From NCBI GenBank assembly GCA_013375475.1, contig JABXKD010000010.1, forward strand, positions 1 to 63,638: DNA of 63,638 bases, in the 5' to 3' direction. The notes beneath the pieces were generated by a model. That model was not told the origin of the DNA, did no database searches, and saw only the letters and a program-made list of their open reading frames with translations. The stretch is from Promethearchaeota archaeon (GTDB lineage Archaea > Asgardarchaeota > Lokiarchaeia > Sigyniarchaeales > SOKP01). The position numbers and the translations under genes were made by a program. Of this stretch, positions 59,834 through 63,638 are shown one piece after another; position 1 is the first letter of the stretch; each line of letters starts with the position of its first letter.

Positions 59834-60496
59834 TTAATCGAAGATTAAATATTTAGTTGCTAAAAATTGAATATACTCCGAAAAGCTCTTGATATGGTCA
59901 GCCAACATCATGATATTTTCTATTAATTCTTTCAAATATAAGAAAGTTCTTGATAGGTAATCCATATCATAATTGTACAATCGATCGAGTAAATTCCACT
60001 CCTCTTGTCTCATTTTCCTTCTTTCGTCTTTTACCGTTTCGCAGATATCTTGGGCTTTACTCAAATCTGTACCGATATTTTTTACTGCTTCCGTTAAATC
60101 ATTAGATATTATTCTTAATGATTTTAAAATAGTCATGAGTTGGAGTTTAAATTCTTTATCAGGAAATACAACCTTATAGAGAAGCATTTTATTGGCAAAA
60201 AATTCCCCAATATTTTTAATATCGTTAATTTTATTAAATAATTTTAATCTGTCTGCTTTTGAAAACATTAATTTCGATTTGAAAATTTTAGTTTCAAATG
60301 CTTTCTTAATTCTTACTTCAGTATTTGTTTCTATCACATAATTTAGATTCTTAGTGAATTTTTCGAATTTCTCATCAACAAGAAATTCAATTCCTTCAAT
60401 TAGCTTCAAGTTCTGTGCATTTATGTTATCTACAAATAAGTGCGTTAATTCATTAATATTTAACTTCTTTAACTCTTTATCACTTATTTCTTCCAT
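59834..60496 (-). CDS. Divergent DUF47-like protein
   Basis: Helical bundle, FSKADRL..., LADHI; operon context. Confidence 0.65.
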   Translation of the reverse strand: MEEISDKELKKLNINELTHLFVDNINAQNLKLIEGIEFLVDEKFEKFTKNLNYVIETNTEVRIKKAFETKIFKSKLMFSKADRLKLFNKINDIKNIGEFFANKMLLYKVVFPDKEFKLQLMTILKSLRIISNDLTEAVKNIGTDLSKAQDICETVKDERRKMRQEEWNLLDRLYNYDMDYLSRTFLYLKELIENIMMLADHIKSFSEYIQFLATKYLIFD

Positions 60497-60685
60497 TGTA
60501 AGTCTAACCTTTAGAATTTTTAAGTTATTTAAAAAATTTAGTCTATATTCTATATAGAAATAATAATGTCTTTTGCAAATTTAACTTTTCCTTTGGTTTA
60601 TTAACCTTAAAATATAAATTTCATTGGTTAGAAAACTTTTAGACTTATTGGAATTATAAATCTCTCCATTTTATATTACCATACG

Positions 60686-60916
60686 ATGCCCAACGTCCAA
60701 AAATTCTACTTTTTTCGTTGTTATCATTGTGGTGAATGGAGTTACAGTAATAAAATAATTAAAACTAAGAAATGCTGGAAATGTCATCGGTCTTTCCAAT
60801 TCAAAAACTCTACTAAATTTTCTAGAACGGTAACTCTTCATAGAGCTATTAAAATTATAAAGGATTTGAAAATGAAAGGGGAAAAAGAATCACTTTTTAA
60901 ATTTCTGAATATGTAG
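60686..60916 (+). CDS. Small Zn-ribbon protein (DUF1922-like)
   Basis: FRCYHCG...KTKKCWKC. Confidence 0.7.
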   Translation: MPNVQKFYFFRCYHCGEWSYSNKIIKTKKCWKCHRSFQFKNSTKFSRTVTLHRAIKIIKDLKMKGEKESLFKFLNM

Positions 60917-61021
60917 AATGAGTGGAACAACTTATAAGTTCAAAAAATAAAATTATTTAACTCTCTCTTCTTCAATCTTCTAAAGCTCTCAATTTTTTCT
61001 GAATTATCTATTTATTGTGGT

Positions 61022-62485
61022 TTGAAGAATTTTATGGAGATCAGCGATGATTTAAAGTTATTTGATAGTACCTTTATTAATAAGCTCCATCGAGAAGCTG
61101 AAAATAAAATTGAATATTGGGATATCAGAGCAACGTATACCGAAGGAACAAATTTAGATTTTACCGATCAAAAGAGCACAGAAATATCATCCTATGATAT
61201 TACTAATTGTGGAATAAGAACTTTTATTAACGGAGGGTGGGGATTCTATGTTCTTAAGAATATTAACAAGGAAAATATAATATCGAGTTTCTTAAAATCA
61301 ATAAAATTGGCAAATTTGACGGAATCGCTATCAAAAAACAAGTTTAAGATAAAAGAAAGAGATCCCTTCAGTGAGAACTTTAAGATTGATAGCAAGTTAA
61401 AGCTTTCTGATGTGGACATCGAAGATAAAATTCAATTGGTAAAAAACCACGAAAAAATAGCCTCTGATTATTCTAAAATGGTTAAAAATACACGAACAAT
61501 TTACATGGATGGAATGAATAATTATTTATTTATAAACTCATTTGGAAGTCAAGTTAAACAAAATCTTTCGTATTTACGACTTTTGAACATAGTATATTCC
61601 CAAAAAGCGGGTGTTATCCAGAGATCAATTAACTCGGTAGGAGGATTAGGCGGATTTGAGATATCGTCAACAGAAAAAGCACAAAATTTAAGTCAAAAAA
61701 CTGCTGAAGAATCGATAAAACTGTTAGATGCTAAATCTCCTATAGGTGGTAAATTTTCAATTATTGCCGATTCAAAACTTGCAGGAACCCTAATCCATGA
61801 AGCTCTTGGACACGCTTGCGAAGCAGATTTGGTCTTGAGCAAAGAGAGTGTTCTGAAGGGGAAAATCGGTCAAAAAGTGGCTTTAAATGACATTAATGTA
61901 GTAGATAATCCATCTATGGGACAAGGAAGACCATTTGGGCTGCCCTACGAGTTATTTGGTTGTTATTTTATTGACGATGAGGGGATCCCTTCCCAAAAAA
62001 CAATTATTATTGAAAACGGAGTTTTAAAAAATTACTTGCATAATTTAGAGACTTCTTCAAGAATGAATGTTCCTCCCAATGGTCACGGGAGAGCATCATC
62101 TAGTTCTTCGAAACCTCAAGTACGAATGGGTTTTACTTATATTGAGCCGAAGGACTGGGAAATCGATGAATTAATAGCGGATACGAAGAACGGCATTCTT
62201 TGTGAAGATTTTCTGTATGGCTATACAAACCCAACTACTGGAAACTTCCAATTCAAATGTAAATTTTCATATAAAATCGAAAATGGAGAAAAGAAAGAAT
62301 TGATGCGAGATGTTGCGTTATCTGGAATGATTTTAGAAGTTCTAAATAGAGTATCTGCTATAGGAAATAAAAATACATTCAACTACAGCGACGGGATTTG
62401 TGGAAAGGGTGGCCAGAGCGTTAGAGTTTGTGATGGTGGCCCGTATTTAAGAGTCGAAGATATAACTGTGGGGGGATTAAATTAA
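61022..62485 (+). CDS. tldD: TldD metalloprotease
   Basis: HEALGHACEAD, DDEG, NGHGRA, CGKGGQSVRVCDGGP. Confidence 0.95.
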   Translation: MKNFMEISDDLKLFDSTFINKLHREAENKIEYWDIRATYTEGTNLDFTDQKSTEISSYDITNCGIRTFINGGWGFYVLKNINKENIISSFLKSIKLANLTESLSKNKFKIKERDPFSENFKIDSKLKLSDVDIEDKIQLVKNHEKIASDYSKMVKNTRTIYMDGMNNYLFINSFGSQVKQNLSYLRLLNIVYSQKAGVIQRSINSVGGLGGFEISSTEKAQNLSQKTAEESIKLLDAKSPIGGKFSIIADSKLAGTLIHEALGHACEADLVLSKESVLKGKIGQKVALNDINVVDNPSMGQGRPFGLPYELFGCYFIDDEGIPSQKTIIIENGVLKNYLHNLETSSRMNVPPNGHGRASSSSSKPQVRMGFTYIEPKDWEIDELIADTKNGILCEDFLYGYTNPTTGNFQFKCKFSYKIENGEKKELMRDVALSGMILEVLNRVSAIGNKNTFNYSDGICGKGGQSVRVCDGGPYLRVEDITVGGLN

Positions 62486-63638
62486 ATGGACAATGAGATA
62501 GATATTTTTGAACTAGCTAGTTACGGAATTGGATTCGCAGAGAAAAAATGCCCTTCTTACAAATGTGCTGAAATTTTTATAGGAAAAAGCCAATATACTA
62601 ATATTGAACTCGAAGAAAATTCGATAAAATACAGCGAATTAGGGAGCGACAACGGAGTTTCTATTCGAATATATAATAATCAAGGTTCTATAGGGTTTGC
62701 TTTTACAAATAAACTGAACAAGACAGTTATCGAAAAAATAGTTACTAATGCTATTAAAATGATGAACGCAGGCACTCCAGATCCTGATTTTAAAAATTTA
62801 CCTGAAAAATATGAAAGTTATCCCAATGTTGATTATTTATTCGACAAAAGTATAAATTCCTTAACAATAGAGGATTCGATCGAGCTAATCAAAGATTTGA
62901 TTACCGTGTGCAACGAAGATGACCTTGCAATTTCTCAATCTGGCGATTTTACCGCAAATTACAACATGTCCTATGTTTTTAACTCGAATGGAGTTGAAGC
63001 ATACGGAGAAGAAACATTGTTCTCAATTTCATCTAATATGATTGTAAAGGACAAGGTGACCGGAGAAACATCAAATGGGTATGAATCCCAAATGAAAAGA
63101 AAGTTAAAAGAAATTGATGGAACGACTACAGCAGTTGAAGCTTTAAATAATGCAAAAAAGAACCTTAACCGGACAAAAATAAAGACCAAAAAGATGCCGA
63201 TTGTATTAACTCCTAAAGGAACAATAAACTTGATTTTAAATCCAATTGCGTCTGCAATAAACGCAGAACTGTTCCAGTATAAACGTAGTTTTTTAGTTGA
63301 TAAAAGAGAAAAAAAAATTGGTTCTAAACATTTAACTCTTGAAGACAACGCCTTAATTAATGGTGCAGTAGGATCAAGTATATTTGATGGGGAAGGTGTT
63401 CCGTGTAAAAATAAAAAAATTATAGAAAATGTAAAAGTATTTTTAAAAGGCATGAGGGGGTTGATGCCTTATGTTCAAGGTAAATTCAAACTCTTAATTG
63501 AAACTACAGGCACTGCATCTTTTACACTAAACGAAGATAATATTATTGGTGGAATTAAATTAGAGAGTGAACGTAAGAATGAAAAGTATAATAGGGTTTT
63601 AGTTAATTATATTAATCCTGATAAGAACTATCAAGTAG
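62486..63638 (+). CDS. pmbA: PmbA/TldE protein, open to the window end; sequence after ~63430 is not PmbA-like
   Basis: MDNEIDIFELA...GVSIRI...GFAFTN...FDGEGVP; absent from the ORF track because it has no stop codon in the window. Confidence 0.88.
   Translation, partial: MDNEIDIFELASYGIGFAEKKCPSYKCAEIFIGKSQYTNIELEENSIKYSELGSDNGVSIRIYNNQGSIGFAFTNKLNKTVIEKIVTNAIKMMNAGTPDPDFKNLPEKYESYPNVDYLFDKSINSLTIEDSIELIKDLITVCNEDDLAISQSGDFTANYNMSYVFNSNGVEAYGEETLFSISSNMIVKDKVTGETSNGYESQMKRKLKEIDGTTTAVEALNNAKKNLNRTKIKTKKMPIVLTPKGTINLILNPIASAINAELFQYKRSFLVDKREKKIGSKHLTLEDNALINGAVGSSIFDGEGVPCKNKKIIENVKVFLKGMRGLMPYVQGKFKLLIETTGTASFTLNEDNIIGGIKLESERKNEKYNRVLVNYINPDKNYQV

Noticed and set aside
2239-63453. Numerous short antisense or overlapping ORFs (e.g. 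2283, 7293, 11518, 19601, 25639, 30634, 46201, 62971)
   Set aside because: They overlap confidently identified genes on the opposite strand or in another frame
1-63638. CRISPR array, rRNA, integrase or capsid genes
   Set aside because: No regularly spaced repeats, rRNA-like tracts or recognisable recombinase/capsid motifs seen by eye

Overview
AT-rich archaeal chromosome segment, most likely Asgard/Lokiarchaeia (Loki-CTERM-type surface protein, profilin-like protein, Rab-like GTPase, eukaryote-type eIF5A loop). Most of it is housekeeping: SRP54, eIF5A, NAD kinase-NOB1-FEN1-CDC48, PPi-type PFK, a 2-oxoacid:ferredoxin oxidoreductase operon, Sua5/THUMP/Cgi121/ECF, the exosome-proteasome superoperon, TFB, PiT/DUF47 and TldD/PmbA. 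There are four tRNAs, three with bulge-helix-bulge (BHB) introns, two of them at non-canonical positions. The main discovery is a ~10.9 kb island (26970-37838) with no recognisable integrase, bounded by a 15/16-identical direct repeat and lying between a stranded 29-codon 5' fragment of sua5 and an intact, divergent sua5. It encodes an HUH rolling-circle initiator, a ribbon-helix-helix (RHH) protein with palindromic operator-like sites, GC-rich hairpins, a degenerate Rab-like GTPase, two HEPN-like proteins, a PD-(D/E)xK protein, a HExxH protease and a surface protein. Other points: three genes that appear to start at near-cognate codons (ACG/ATC) behind strong SD motifs, tandem RHH-HisKA-receiver regulators lacking a kinase domain, and a pmbA ORF that switches in frame to phage-tail-like sequence at the window end (probable chimera). 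All family calls come from reading motifs by eye; no searches were run.
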